Below, one piece after another: positions 17,104 to 26,661 of a DNA stretch of 64,000 bases. Where the stretch lies: the NCBI GenBank assembly GCA_963761585.1, contig CAVXHW010000012.1:18716-82715 (forward strand), given 5' to 3'. A program made the position numbers and the translations under genes. The notes below the pieces were generated by a model that was given only the letters and a program-made list of their open reading frames with translations, searched no databases and was not told the origin of the DNA. Numbering within the stretch: position 1 is the first letter of the stretch; each line of letters starts with the position of its first letter. The DNA is from an uncultured Verrucomicrobiae bacterium. GTDB taxonomy: Bacteria; Verrucomicrobiota; Verrucomicrobiia; Chthoniobacterales; UBA10450.

Positions 17104-20100
17104 CTATCGTTTCGTCTCATCTGGAAAAAAACGCTTCCAAACCAATTCGTAGGGATCGCCAGCTTTGCTTTCGGGATACTTTTTCCGCACATCTTCCAGT
17201 GTCATCAAAGAGCCATCTTGACTGGGATCGGACGCACTCACTGCGCTGGCAATGTCTGCCAACCATGGAGGCGCAGGTTTTGCTTCGAGTTTTTTAGATG
17301 CATCGTCTTGCGTCCGATACAGTGGACTGACGTCAACGAGGCGCACGCTGTCGAACACGTTGAACATTGCGCCTGATAAAATCAGCAATCGTTGGCCATC
17401 CAAACTGAACTGTGGAAATCCGAGTGAGCCGCGGAATACCACGGGCTCGGCCGGCTTTTCCCTGTGCGCACCCTTTGCAACGTCAACTCGACCGTACAGC
17501 GAAGTGGCGACGAGACGTGTGGCATAGTCGCCTGGTCCGACGATCAGTCGCATGAACTGGTCGCGGAAAGTCGGCGGCGGGATCGGGGTCACTTTTCCGT
17601 CGCGGAGATTAAGAGTTCGCACGCTGTTCCAACTCGTTAGGGTAATTTCGTCATTGCCGGGACCGAAAGCGATGCCGTTTGGCAGGAAACCTTCGGACAA
17701 TCGAATCGAATCTTTTCCGTCTATGGGGAATACCTGGAGATAGTCGTCGCTGAATGAAAATAAAGCTACCTTGCGCAGTGCTGGCGCGTCGGGATCCACA
17801 GATACTGCGGCCATGCCGCTATGGTACGTGGCGAAAGCAAGCGCCACGATTTTCATGTCCGTGAGTCGCTTGGATCTATCGACGAGTTCCCGGAACGTTC
17901 CCTCGACCTGGAAAAAGGCGCATTCCGCCTCGTTCGTGCCGCGCGCATTAACAATGACAAGCCGATCTGACTCGTTAGACCACGCAAAATTGATGCGGGA
18001 GCCTCGAAGCCGCTGAATTTCCAAGTCCTCGCCCGTGGCGTCGTACGTTCGATTCTGCATCGACCATCGCCAGACCTGAATTTTGCATAGCTCGTGGCCA
18101 GCACCGGCGGGTGCGGGCGGTGCTCCCTGTGCAGGCGCGCCTTGCACGGCGCTCTCTCCATCGGCACCCGAAGCAAGCGTTGGTGGAATGATCAACAACC
18201 AGCGTCCGTCGGGGCTGAAGGATGCAAAACCGGGTTGCACGATCTGCTGAGGGTTAGCCGGTTGCGGCTTCTCAAATAACGATTTGGCGGTGGGCGACAT
18301 CGAGCGTCCTCCATTCCAGAACAAGAGCTGACCATCACCGCCCACAACGAAGATTTCGTTGTTGCTTCCTCCCGGAAGGAAGGTTGCTGCGAGTAATGCA
18401 TCTTTCTGATAAAGCACAGCCGGCGCGGCCGGGGGACACCAAACATGTTGAAGCAATAGATTGCTAGCCAGCATTGCTGCTTCGGTATCCAGAGGATTAC
18501 AATTCAGAGCAAGCGCGAGGTTCCGAAGCGCAGTGATATCCTTTATCGGATTATCCGTTCCGTCATGTAAAACTAACTTTGCGTTTTCTCTGAGACTTTG
18601 GCCCCTCTCGACCAGTGCCTGATGCTGTGTCTCCAGCTCCTCGGCCTTTTGCTTCGAAAGCCGCGACGCCCGTAGCGACACTAACCAGAGCGCTGCGAAG
18701 GCAATCAACATGATTATCCCAAGAAAGAAGACCGTGATGCCGAAGACTCGTTCCCGCTTGCGCTTCTCCAGCAGGAGGTTTACGCGTTCGCTCTCGGCTT
18801 TGCGTAGTTTCTCCTGTTCTTCAGCGCGCTGACGTGCTTCCTCCAACTCCTCGGCCTGGCGTCTTTTTGTCTCCTCGATTTGCTTTCTGCTGCGCGTAAC
18901 AAGCAGCCGCGCCTCCGGAGTTGCGCCGAGAATCTTCGCTTCTGGCGAATTCAAATACGCCTCTGCTTCACGAAGCTCCACTTCATCCAGAAGGTCATCC
19001 GATCCGCGTTTAACGTATTCTTCCAACTCCGCGCGAATTCGCTCCGCATCCTGGTATCCGGCAAGCCACTTATGATTGGACTTCTGTATTGGTTCGATAA
19101 AGCGATCGTGAGTTAACTCGTGAGTTATTGTGCCTGAGCGATCCTCCCGACGAATAACGTGAGCTTCCTCCAGCTCTTTTAGTGCGAGCCCCGGGATTCT
19201 CCAGGTCGCTCCAGGCGCGCCGCGAAAAGCAAGTCCGCGTGTTCCGGTAGGAGTTATCAGAGCCGTTCCAAACCAACGCCGCAATTCACCTTCGCCGATT
19301 CTGCCTTCAGTAGCGGCAGCAGCTCTCTCCACTGAGCGATCGTAGTAGCGCGCTAAAGCATTATCCACGTCGCCGAAGCGTTCGATATATTCGGCCGTGA
19401 TCAGACGCGATCCGTCGCTGCTGACGTTCGGTCCACCTTTCCATTCCAACGGCAGGTTTTCCCAGAGCGATTGGCACACGACTTGAAGCTGAACCGGTTC
19501 CACGAATTCGCCGCAGGTTTCACGGAACTTGTCGCCTTCCGCTACCCGAATCTCCGAAAGCTCCCCCATCAATTCGTCGGCTGCGTTCGGGTCGAAGGAA
19601 AGGCCCCAATTCTCGAAAGGTTTGACCACCGCGGAGCGGGCCGCATTTCCGCGGAGTCGCTCCAAGTGCATGCGTGGCCGTAATTTCTCCGGAAGCAAAT
19701 CGGCGAACGGCTCCAGTTGCGCGATGTACTCCTCACGCATGACGAAAACAACCTTCATCGTTGGCAAGTCGTTCAGGGCCTGCGCCAGCTGATCGAAAAA
19801 CGGGCGCCGTTCCTGCCAGCGATACTGATTGGTCGTGAAGAATTCTTCGAATTGATCCAGGATTACGATTAACGGAGGCGGGCTATCCTCGTCTGCTGCT
19901 GGAGCAGCAACGAGAGGTTTGAGAAATTCAGACAACGTTGTCTTCGCATGATCTTTGATGAATTGGCCGTTCGGCAATGTTGTCGCCCAGTATTGAAGCG
20001 CGTGGTAAACAAAAATGTTTTGCACGCTCTCGGGCGGAACATCATTTGGCAGCAAACCATGGACGCGTGCGGATCGCAGAACCTGGTACTGCTGATCCTC

Positions 20101-20286
20101 CAGGCGCGGGATGACACCTGCCCGCAATAACGAGCTTTTGCCTGCTCCCGATTGCGCATAAACAAGGACAGCCCGGTGCGCGATGATCAATGAAAGAAGC
20201 TCCTCCGTCTCGCGCGTGCGACCGAAAAACCGATCGCTGTCCTCCTTTTCAAAAGGCCGCGGTCCGACGAAGGGCGAATCGCTCAT
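17104..20286 (-). CDS. STAND-type P-loop NTPase with central hydrophobic helix and C-terminal beta-propeller-like domain (~1060 aa)
   Basis: 'FVGPRPFEKEDSDRFFGRTRETEELL', Walker A 'AQSGAGKSSL' and Walker B-like 'LIVILDQFEEFF'. A charged, probably coiled-coil segment follows, then the TM-like 'VFGITVFFLGIIMLIAFAALWLVSL', then a C-terminal region with 'FSPDGRWLLI' and 'FSLDGQRLLIL' blade-like motifs. The start is taken at the ATG in an ATGA overlap with the upstream stop. Confidence 0.75.
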   Translation of the reverse strand: MSDSPFVGPRPFEKEDSDRFFGRTRETEELLSLIIAHRAVLVYAQSGAGKSSLLRAGVIPRLEDQQYQVLRSARVHGLLPNDVPPESVQNIFVYHALQYWATTLPNGQFIKDHAKTTLSEFLKPLVAAPAADEDSPPPLIVILDQFEEFFTTNQYRWQERRPFFDQLAQALNDLPTMKVVFVMREEYIAQLEPFADLLPEKLRPRMHLERLRGNAARSAVVKPFENWGLSFDPNAADELMGELSEIRVAEGDKFRETCGEFVEPVQLQVVCQSLWENLPLEWKGGPNVSSDGSRLITAEYIERFGDVDNALARYYDRSVERAAAATEGRIGEGELRRWFGTALITPTGTRGLAFRGAPGATWRIPGLALKELEEAHVIRREDRSGTITHELTHDRFIEPIQKSNHKWLAGYQDAERIRAELEEYVKRGSDDLLDEVELREAEAYLNSPEAKILGATPEARLLVTRSRKQIEETKRRQAEELEEARQRAEEQEKLRKAESERVNLLLEKRKRERVFGITVFFLGIIMLIAFAALWLVSLRASRLSKQKAEELETQHQALVERGQSLRENAKLVLHDGTDNPIKDITALRNLALALNCNPLDTEAAMLASNLLLQHVWCPPAAPAVLYQKDALLAATFLPGGSNNEIFVVGGDGQLLFWNGGRSMSPTAKSLFEKPQPANPQQIVQPGFASFSPDGRWLLIIPPTLASGADGESAVQGAPAQGAPPAPAGAGHELCKIQVWRWSMQNRTYDATGEDLEIQRLRGSRINFAWSNESDRLVIVNARGTNEAECAFFQVEGTFRELVDRSKRLTDMKIVALAFATYHSGMAAVSVDPDAPALRKVALFSFSDDYLQVFPIDGKDSIRLSEGFLPNGIAFGPGNDEITLTSWNSVRTLNLRDGKVTPIPPPTFRDQFMRLIVGPGDYATRLVATSLYGRVDVAKGAHREKPAEPVVFRGSLGFPQFSLDGQRLLILSGAMFNVFDSVRLVDVSPLYRTQDDASKKLEAKPAPPWLADIASAVSASDPSQDGSLMTLEDVRKKYPESKAGDPYELVWKRFFPDETKR

Positions 20287-21264
20287 CCCCGGCTGAAAGC
20301 TTCCCACCGCACTCGCAGCTCCTCGCAAAACTGCTGACACGTGCCCCAATAAATTTTTACCTGCGCGCTGCCGAAATACGAATCGAGGTACTTCACGGCC
20401 TTGGCCGCTTTCTCTGCCTGCTCGCCTGGCGCGTCAGAAGGCTCTAGTTGCACCGCGATGTGCGTGTTACCACTGTCGCGCAGCTTGTTTGCGAAGAGTC
20501 GGAAGAGCACCAGAAAATCCCAGTCCGACAGGGTGTAGCCCAAAAAGAGCAGCGCGCCTCCCAGCGCTCGATCGACTCGATGCGCGAGTGATTTGTAGTC
20601 CCGCGAAATGTTGATTAGGAATTCAAAATAATCGTCCTCGGTCACTACCGCCGATTCCGCCCACGGCGTGCAACCGTGAAAATGATAGACAAGTGGATTC
20701 GCTACTGAATAGGCGAAGTCCCCGATCAAAACTTGGCGCTTTCTCAGGGATATGCCGGTTCCAACGACAGATCGCAAGACGCGCATCTCGTTTCTTGTAT
20801 TCGGTCAGCGCGCGAAACATCCAATCGTCGAAGTTACTCGTGAGATAAACTGGAAAAGGAAGATCGGCCAAAACCCGGTGCGGCTCGTTAGGCCAAGCCG
20901 AAAAGTTCGGTGACGGCAGACTACCGAAATGTTCGGCGAACGCCTCTTTCGGAGCCATGATGTCATCGGTCGCTGCCACGTATTTCGCCACTCGTTCCAG
21001 CTTGGTTTGATCGTCGAGCGGATAGGCGTAATCAGCCGCGAACTGGAGCGCGATCTGTTCCTTTGACGGATAATTCAATTTTGCCCATTCTGCCGGATCA
21101 GCACCCACGGGAGGGGCTGTGCACGCACCCGAGCCAAGCACGGGCGTGCACTTGTCGTCTCTGATGCGTTTCAATAGCCGCTCCCAAGTCTTGTCGTCCA
21201 ACTCACGGCCGCTCTTCGACGGCAGAACGTCCTTTGATTCGGCGGCAACGGGGTCAGCGCTCAT
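20283..21264 (-). CDS. SIR2-like (SIR2_2-type) protein B, apparent 1-nt frameshift at a G4 run (~20720-20723)
   Basis: Two overlapping ORFs (20623-21291 and 20283-20786) together align along the whole of SIR2-like protein A: 'KCTPVLGSGAC', 'YLTSNFDDWM', 'NPLVYHFHG', 'VVTEDDY', 'FLGYTLSDWDF'. Removing one G from GGGG restores PSFDRDFAYSVANPLVYHFHG. Confidence 0.7.
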
Positions 21265-22154
21265 TTTTTCGTTTGCTCGAAGGTGGTCCAACGCTCGTCC
21301 AACTGCGATGAAAATTCTCGGGCTGTCCCCCAGAAAACCTTCATGTCCATGGCGCCGTAAAATTTTTCGAAATATGCCCGATGCGCAGCGCGATTTGGAT
21401 CGGTTTCATCTGGAGGTTTTAGCACGACTATGCTGCTGAATTGTTGCCGCGCGCGTAAAGTCTGAAAGAGAACGCGGAAATTCCAGTCGCCCAAACGATA
21501 GCCGATGAACAAAAAACTCGTGGCGGCAAACGCCTGTTGCACAACCTCGGGCAGAAGATCCGGTTTGGCGGCCATGTTCGCGAGGAACGTTAAATAATCG
21601 TCTTCGGTCAAGACGAGCGACTCGGAAACGTCGAGCGCGCCATGCAAATGGAACACGAGCGGATTGGCGGGCGTTGGTTTGTAGCCAGGCTCTTTTTCGA
21701 AAATCGATTCCACGTGCTGCAGAATGTCCTGCCAACGGCAGATCTCACGGCGCGCATCTTTCAATTTCCATTTGAGAGCGCGAACCATGAAGTCGTCGTA
21801 ATTCGTCGTGATCACAATTGGCAGCGGAAGACCCGCGAGAACGCTGTGCGGTTCACCGGAGTTCCCAAACTGTGGCGGCTGGGTGTACTTTGGCGGACCG
21901 GCTGCGCGCAGAATGTCTACGACGTCTTCTTTTGGTGCGTTCGGGTCGGATTGTACGGCCGCATACTGCGCAACGCGCACGAGATCTCGGTCCGGGAACG
22001 GATAGGCGTAGCGCTGTGCGAGCTCTTCCGCCACATCGGCTCCAAGAGGGAGCGCGCCATAACAGGCGCCCGCTCCCAAAAAAGGAGTGCACTTCCCCGA
22101 CTGAATCCTACGCAGGAGCCGATTCCAGTCCGCTTCTTGAAGTTCACTCGTCAC
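21261..22154 (-). CDS. SIR2-like (SIR2_2-type) protein A
   Basis: 'WNRLLRRIQSGKCTPFLGAGAC', 'VITTNYDDFM', 'NPLVFHLHG', 'VLTEDDY', 'FIGYRLGDWNF'. This is the conserved Gly loop, Asn and His pattern of SIR2-family NAD-utilising domains. Confidence 0.7.
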   Translation of the reverse strand: MTSELQEADWNRLLRRIQSGKCTPFLGAGACYGALPLGADVAEELAQRYAYPFPDRDLVRVAQYAAVQSDPNAPKEDVVDILRAAGPPKYTQPPQFGNSGEPHSVLAGLPLPIVITTNYDDFMVRALKWKLKDARREICRWQDILQHVESIFEKEPGYKPTPANPLVFHLHGALDVSESLVLTEDDYLTFLANMAAKPDLLPEVVQQAFAATSFLFIGYRLGDWNFRVLFQTLRARQQFSSIVVLKPPDETDPNRAAHRAYFEKFYGAMDMKVFWGTAREFSSQLDERWTTFEQTKK

Positions 22155-22337
22155 ATCAAACAGACTAACGAACGGGTATGATGGTTAAGGATTTCTGCGT
22201 ATGATGTCAACACCGCTATTTACAGATCAAATTCCATAGCGGATCGATTGAGCAGCTCTCGTTAGGCAATGAGCCCGCACAGCAGCTGAAAACCTGGCGA
22301 TTCCATTCACGCTGTCCACCTGACGCCTGTTCGGATC

Positions 22338-23165
22338 GTGCCGATAACACTTTATGCTTGTGTGCGTGAGCGAGAACCACAATGTTCATTTGTGAACGGG
22401 AAGAACGGCCACGAGAGCGCAGGCGTAGCGCGTGAGTTTGTAACTACCCGCTGGAGTCTGATCCTTTCGGCGGCCAACTTGGGGAGTGACGAGCAAAAAG
22501 TTCACAATGCGCTCGCCGAACTTTGCCGCGTTTATTGGCGGCCCATTTTCTTGTTTATACGGGCACGCGGCTATTCGATTGAGGACGCACAGGATCTCAC
22601 GCAGGATTTTCTTGTGACCATTCTGAAGAAGAACTGGCTGCAGCACGCAGATCGTAATCGCGGGCGGTTCCGCTCGCTCTTGCTCAAGTCGCTCCAAAAT
22701 TTTCTTGTTAATGCCGCGGAGAAAGCTCATGCCCACAAACGGGGCGGCGGTGTGGAATTTATTTCCTGGGACGATTGGATGGCGGAAGCGCCGTCAGACT
22801 TGTCCCTGCCCGCTGCGACATTGGAGTCGTTACCGCCCGAGCGGCTCTTCGACTTCACATGGGCAGCCACCGTAGTTGAACGCGCGCTTCAAAGGCTGCG
22901 TGAAGAATGTGAAAGCAAAGGCAAACTCTGGCTTTTCCAGACGCTAAGTTCCCATCTTACAGACGAGCGCGATGAAGTTTCATATGCGAGACTCTCCGCG
23001 GAACTGGGAATCGCTGAGACCACCGTGAAAAAACAGCTGCACAACATGCGTCAGCGTTACCGCAGCCTGCTGCGCGAAGAAGTCTCGCAAACGGTCGAAG
23101 ACCCTGCCGACGTGGACGACGAGATCCGTTACCTGTGTGCGTTACTCGCAACAGGAACCGAGTAA
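22338..23165 (+). CDS. ECF-type sigma-70 family factor (Ser/Thr-kinase-associated type)
   Basis: 'TTRWSLIL', 'YWRPIFLFIRARGYSIEDAQDLTQDF' (region 2-like) and C-terminal 'SYARLSAELGIAETTVKKQLHNMRQRY' (region 4 HTH). A kinase gene follows immediately. The start (GTG) is uncertain. Confidence 0.65.
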   Translation: MPITLYACVREREPQCSFVNGKNGHESAGVAREFVTTRWSLILSAANLGSDEQKVHNALAELCRVYWRPIFLFIRARGYSIEDAQDLTQDFLVTILKKNWLQHADRNRGRFRSLLLKSLQNFLVNAAEKAHAHKRGGGVEFISWDDWMAEAPSDLSLPAATLESLPPERLFDFTWAATVVERALQRLREECESKGKLWLFQTLSSHLTDERDEVSYARLSAELGIAETTVKKQLHNMRQRYRSLLREEVSQTVEDPADVDDEIRYLCALLATGTE

Positions 23166-23170
23166 TTACA

Positions 23171-25718
23171 ATGACAGATTCAGATCCCCCCTCCGATCAG
23201 CTTCAGAGCGCTACCGAAGAGCACGCAAAATGCGAGAAGTGTGGGGCAATTATGCGACTCGACACCGGGGTTTGCGTGAGCTGCCTCTTGCGCAAGGGAT
23301 TGGAAGGCGGTGACGAAATATCTCAGGCGTCTTTTCAAACCGTCCTCGCCGAAGTGGACGCGCCAAACAAGTCTTGGTTCCTGGGAAATTACGAAATCCT
23401 CGAACAGATTGGTTGTGGCGGGATGGGCGTGATCTATCGCGCCAGGCAACGACATTCCCGGCGCATCGTGGCGGTGAAGCGCGTCCTTAGTTATCGCGCC
23501 GATTCACATGGAGCACTGCAACGTTTCCGACGAGAAGCCCAGGCGGTGGCCAGTCTGGATCATCCAAACATCCTTCCGATTTATGAAGTGAGCGAAAGCG
23601 AGGACGGCCTGCCGTTTTTCAGCATGAAGTTCGCGGAGAAGGGAAGCTTGCAAGAGAACGCGGCTTCTCTCCGCGATCAACCGCGGAAGTGCGTGCAACT
23701 CATGGCAAAAGTCGCGCACGCCGTTGAATACGCCCACAGCCGTGGAGTTCTCCATCGCGACCTAAAACCGGGAAACATTCTGCTCAACGATCGAGGCGAG
23801 CCACTGGTCAGCGATTTCGGTTTGGCGAAGCTGCTGGACGGCAACAACGATCTTACAAGGTCGCTGACCACCTTCGGAACCGCAGGTTTTATCGCGCCCG
23901 AACAGGCCGGTGATGCAGCCGTCGATCTTGCCCCAGTTGCCGATGTCTACAGTCTCGGCGCAGTTCTGTTCAACGTGCTTACCGGACGTCCACCATTCCT
24001 GGGTTCGAATCCGGTTTCCGTGATTCGCCAAGCGTCCGAAACGCAGGCGCCCAAACTACGCTCGTTGGCTACCATCGCTTGATCGCGATTTGGAGACGAT
24101 TTGCGCGCGCTGTCTCGAACGCGATCCAAAAGCGCGCTACCAGTCCGCCGGCGACCTCGCAGCCGATCTTGAACGTTGGCTCGGCGGCCGTCCAATCGTC
24201 GCGCGCCCGGTTTCACCGCCAGCGCGGATCTGGCGCTGGTCGCAGCGTAACCCCAAACTGGTCGGAGCAGCGACTGCCGGTCTGCTTTTAGGCGCGGCTG
24301 CGGTTTGGTCATTTCGCGCTGATCTTTTCCGAGCGTCGCAGTTTAATCCCCCAGACAGGAGTATTGCGGTTCTACCGTTTACAGATTCTAGCGCGACGAA
24401 AGATCAGGAATATTTGGGTGACGGCATCAGCGAGGAGATTCTCCATACGTTGGCGCAAGTTGACGGTTTGCGCGTGGCCGGCCGAGCTTCGTCATTCTCA
24501 TTGAAAGGAAAGAACACGAAGGAGGTGGGAGAAAAACTCAACGTTGGAAATGTGCTTGAAGGGAGTTTGAAGCGCCACGGTAACCGTATTCGTGTGACAG
24601 CCGAACTGATTGACGCGCGAAACGGTTTTCGCGTTTGGACGGAAACGTATGACCGCGAGCTGGACGGCGCGTTTGCACTCCAGGACCAAATCGCCGGGTC
24701 TATCGCCGATGCACTCAAGATCAAGTTCGCCGTTCAGCTTTCCGCGCACGAACAACCCGGCAATGGCGTATACGACCGTTATCTACAGGGACTTTTCACG
24801 GATGTAATCCATCCGACAGGAGTTAGCCGTATCGACGCTAGCGTGTCCGTACAGAATCCATCTGATCCATTCACCGTTCCGGATTACACATCTGCGGAAG
24901 ATTTCGACTCGCGCCGCCCGGACGCTCAGGTGACCAGTGTGCCTCCAGCGACGGGATTCACTGCTAGTGTGCGTGATGGCGCACTGGAAGGTCCTCGAAC
25001 GAATAAAATTACAGCGAACGCAATCGCTGCACCTCCAGAGGTGGCATTCAACCCCAGTGAGCGTGATCGCGCATTACAAACCAGTTTCCGAACGAACAAA
25101 ATCACAGCGGACGTGACCGCTGCGCCTCCAAAGACGCCACTCAACACCAGTGTGCGTGATCGCGCATTGCAGGCCGGTTTTCGAACGAACAAAATTACAG
25201 CGGACGTGGCCAGTACGCCTCCAGAGACGGCATTCAACACCAGTGTGCGTGATCGTTCATCGCAAGCCGATCTCCGAACGAACAAAATTACAACGGACGG
25301 GCCAGCGTCCCTTCAAGGGTTTGTCAAAGATGCAAAAGGCGAACCGATTAAAGGCGCAGACGTTCGGGTCGAATCCCGAGATGGCAAACAGGTGTTCAGC
25401 ACAGTAAAGACCGATACACAGGGTCGCTATATTTCACAGGGACTGCAACCGGGTGTCTATCGGGTGACATTGCTTGCGAGTGGGAAGGTCAAGGCGTCGA
25501 TCATGAACACGCGGACCAAAGCGAATCAATCGACTCAGCTGAATTTCGATTTCAAGCCAACATCCCAAGCAGGTAATAGTGCAAAGAGTGGAAAGCATAT
25601 TGTATGGATGCCAGGTCGCACCGGGACCCATCTCGGCGGTAATTGGGTCGAAGTCGACGACAAGGGAAATGAGAATTCCGGTTCCAAGACTCAGACATAC
25701 ACCGCTCAAAGGTGGTAA
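23171..25718 (+). CDS. Ser/Thr protein kinase with TM, extracytoplasmic domains and C-terminal CarboxypepD_reg-like module; apparent 1-nt frameshift near 24068-24072
   Basis: Zn-ribbon-like 'CEKCGAIMRLDTGVCVSC', then 'GCGGMGVIYRA', 'VAVKRV', 'HRDLKPGNILL' and 'DFGLAKL'. The second ORF continues subdomain XI in another frame (LPSLDRDLETICARCLERDPKARYQSAGDLAADLERWL). A TM helix, four in-frame repeats and 'GFVKDAKGEPIKGADVRVESRDGKQVFSTVKTDTQGRY' follow. Confidence 0.8.
24942..25297 (+). repeat. in-frame tandem repeat, ~3.9 copies of 90-93 bp (30-31 aa), inside the kinase gene
   Basis: Units start at 24942, 25032, 25125 and 25218 (CCTCCA...). The peptide unit is PPxTxFNTSVRDRALQxxFRTNKITADVxxx. 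Confidence 0.85.
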
Positions 25719-25963
25719 TCTGAAAACGGCTGCAAAGAAGCGACGACCAACATCAAGGGTCGTACTTGGAACGTCGCGCCAAGAAAACGCTTCTAATCTG
25801 TAGCCATCGCTCTGTGGGTCGTGTGCCCACGCCTTACGGAAGCCCGACGGTAGCGACAGTCTACTCGCGGAAACTTCGCTTTTTCCCTCATTCTATAAAT
25901 CATTTTGGAACTTCGCCTCTGCTCTCCTGTAGGAACTAGTGAATCATCACATCTTATTCGCTT

Positions 25964-26527
25964 ATGTTTATTAAATCATTGCAGATCGGGTTAATCGGGT
26001 TCCTCCTTTGTGCTGTGAACGCTTGGGCGGGACCAGCAAGCATTCAGGGAATCGTCAGAGACGCTCACGGAAAGCCAATTAAAGGCGCAGATGTTCGCGT
26101 TGAGTCGCGAGATGGCAAGCAACTCTTCAATACGGTAAAAACCGATACACAGGGTCGCTACATTTCACAGGTACAACCCGGCGTTTATCGGGTTTCGCTG
26201 GTAGTCAATGGTGCAGTGAAAGCCGCTATCGGCAATACGAAAACCAAGGCGGATCAACCGACACAACTGAACTTTGATCTGAAACCCGTGGCGGCAGGCC
26301 AAGCAAGCACCGAGCAAAAGAAAGGGAAGCATATGGTGTGGGTCCCCGCGAGCACCGGGAGTCACATAGGCGGTAGCTGGGTCGCGGTTGATGGGAGTGG
26401 TAACGCGGGTGCCGGCGCTTTGAACGTCAAGAGGGGCAGCGCCGAAGCGGTGCGACAGCAACAACTTAGTAACACCTCGTTTGGACTGCCGCCGACGTCG
26501 TCGGGGGCGACGTCAATAGGGCCTTGA
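25964..26527 (+). CDS. secreted CarboxypepD_reg-like module protein, paralogue 1
   Basis: Signal peptide MFIKSLQIGLIGFLLCAVNAWA, then 'IQGIVRDAHGKPIKGADVRVESRDGKQLFNTVKTDTQGRYISQ'. Homologous to the kinase C-terminus and to 26662-27195. Confidence 0.7.
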   Translation: MFIKSLQIGLIGFLLCAVNAWAGPASIQGIVRDAHGKPIKGADVRVESRDGKQLFNTVKTDTQGRYISQVQPGVYRVSLVVNGAVKAAIGNTKTKADQPTQLNFDLKPVAAGQASTEQKKGKHMVWVPASTGSHIGGSWVAVDGSGNAGAGALNVKRGSAEAVRQQQLSNTSFGLPPTSSGATSIGP

Positions 26528-26661
26528 GCGATTTCGCAGCCAGACGGTAGCAACAGTCCGCTCGCGGAAACTTCGCTTTTTCCCTCATTCCACAAATGAT
26601 TTTGGAACTTCGCGTCTTTTTTCCTGTAGGAATTAGTGAATCATCATGTCTTATATTATCT

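Noticed and set aside
22155-22337. I considered shared divergent promoter or operator sites between the SIR2/STAND operon and the ECF sigma gene.
   Set aside because: I could not identify convincing -35/-10 or ECF-type (GGAAC...CGT) motifs or palindromic operators by eye. The co-regulation idea stays as speculation within the findings.
24926-25285. A repetitive 119-aa minus-strand ORF lies inside the kinase gene.
   Set aside because: It is a reverse-strand reflection of the in-frame 90-93-bp tandem repeats. The plus-strand frame is continuous with kinase domains on both sides.
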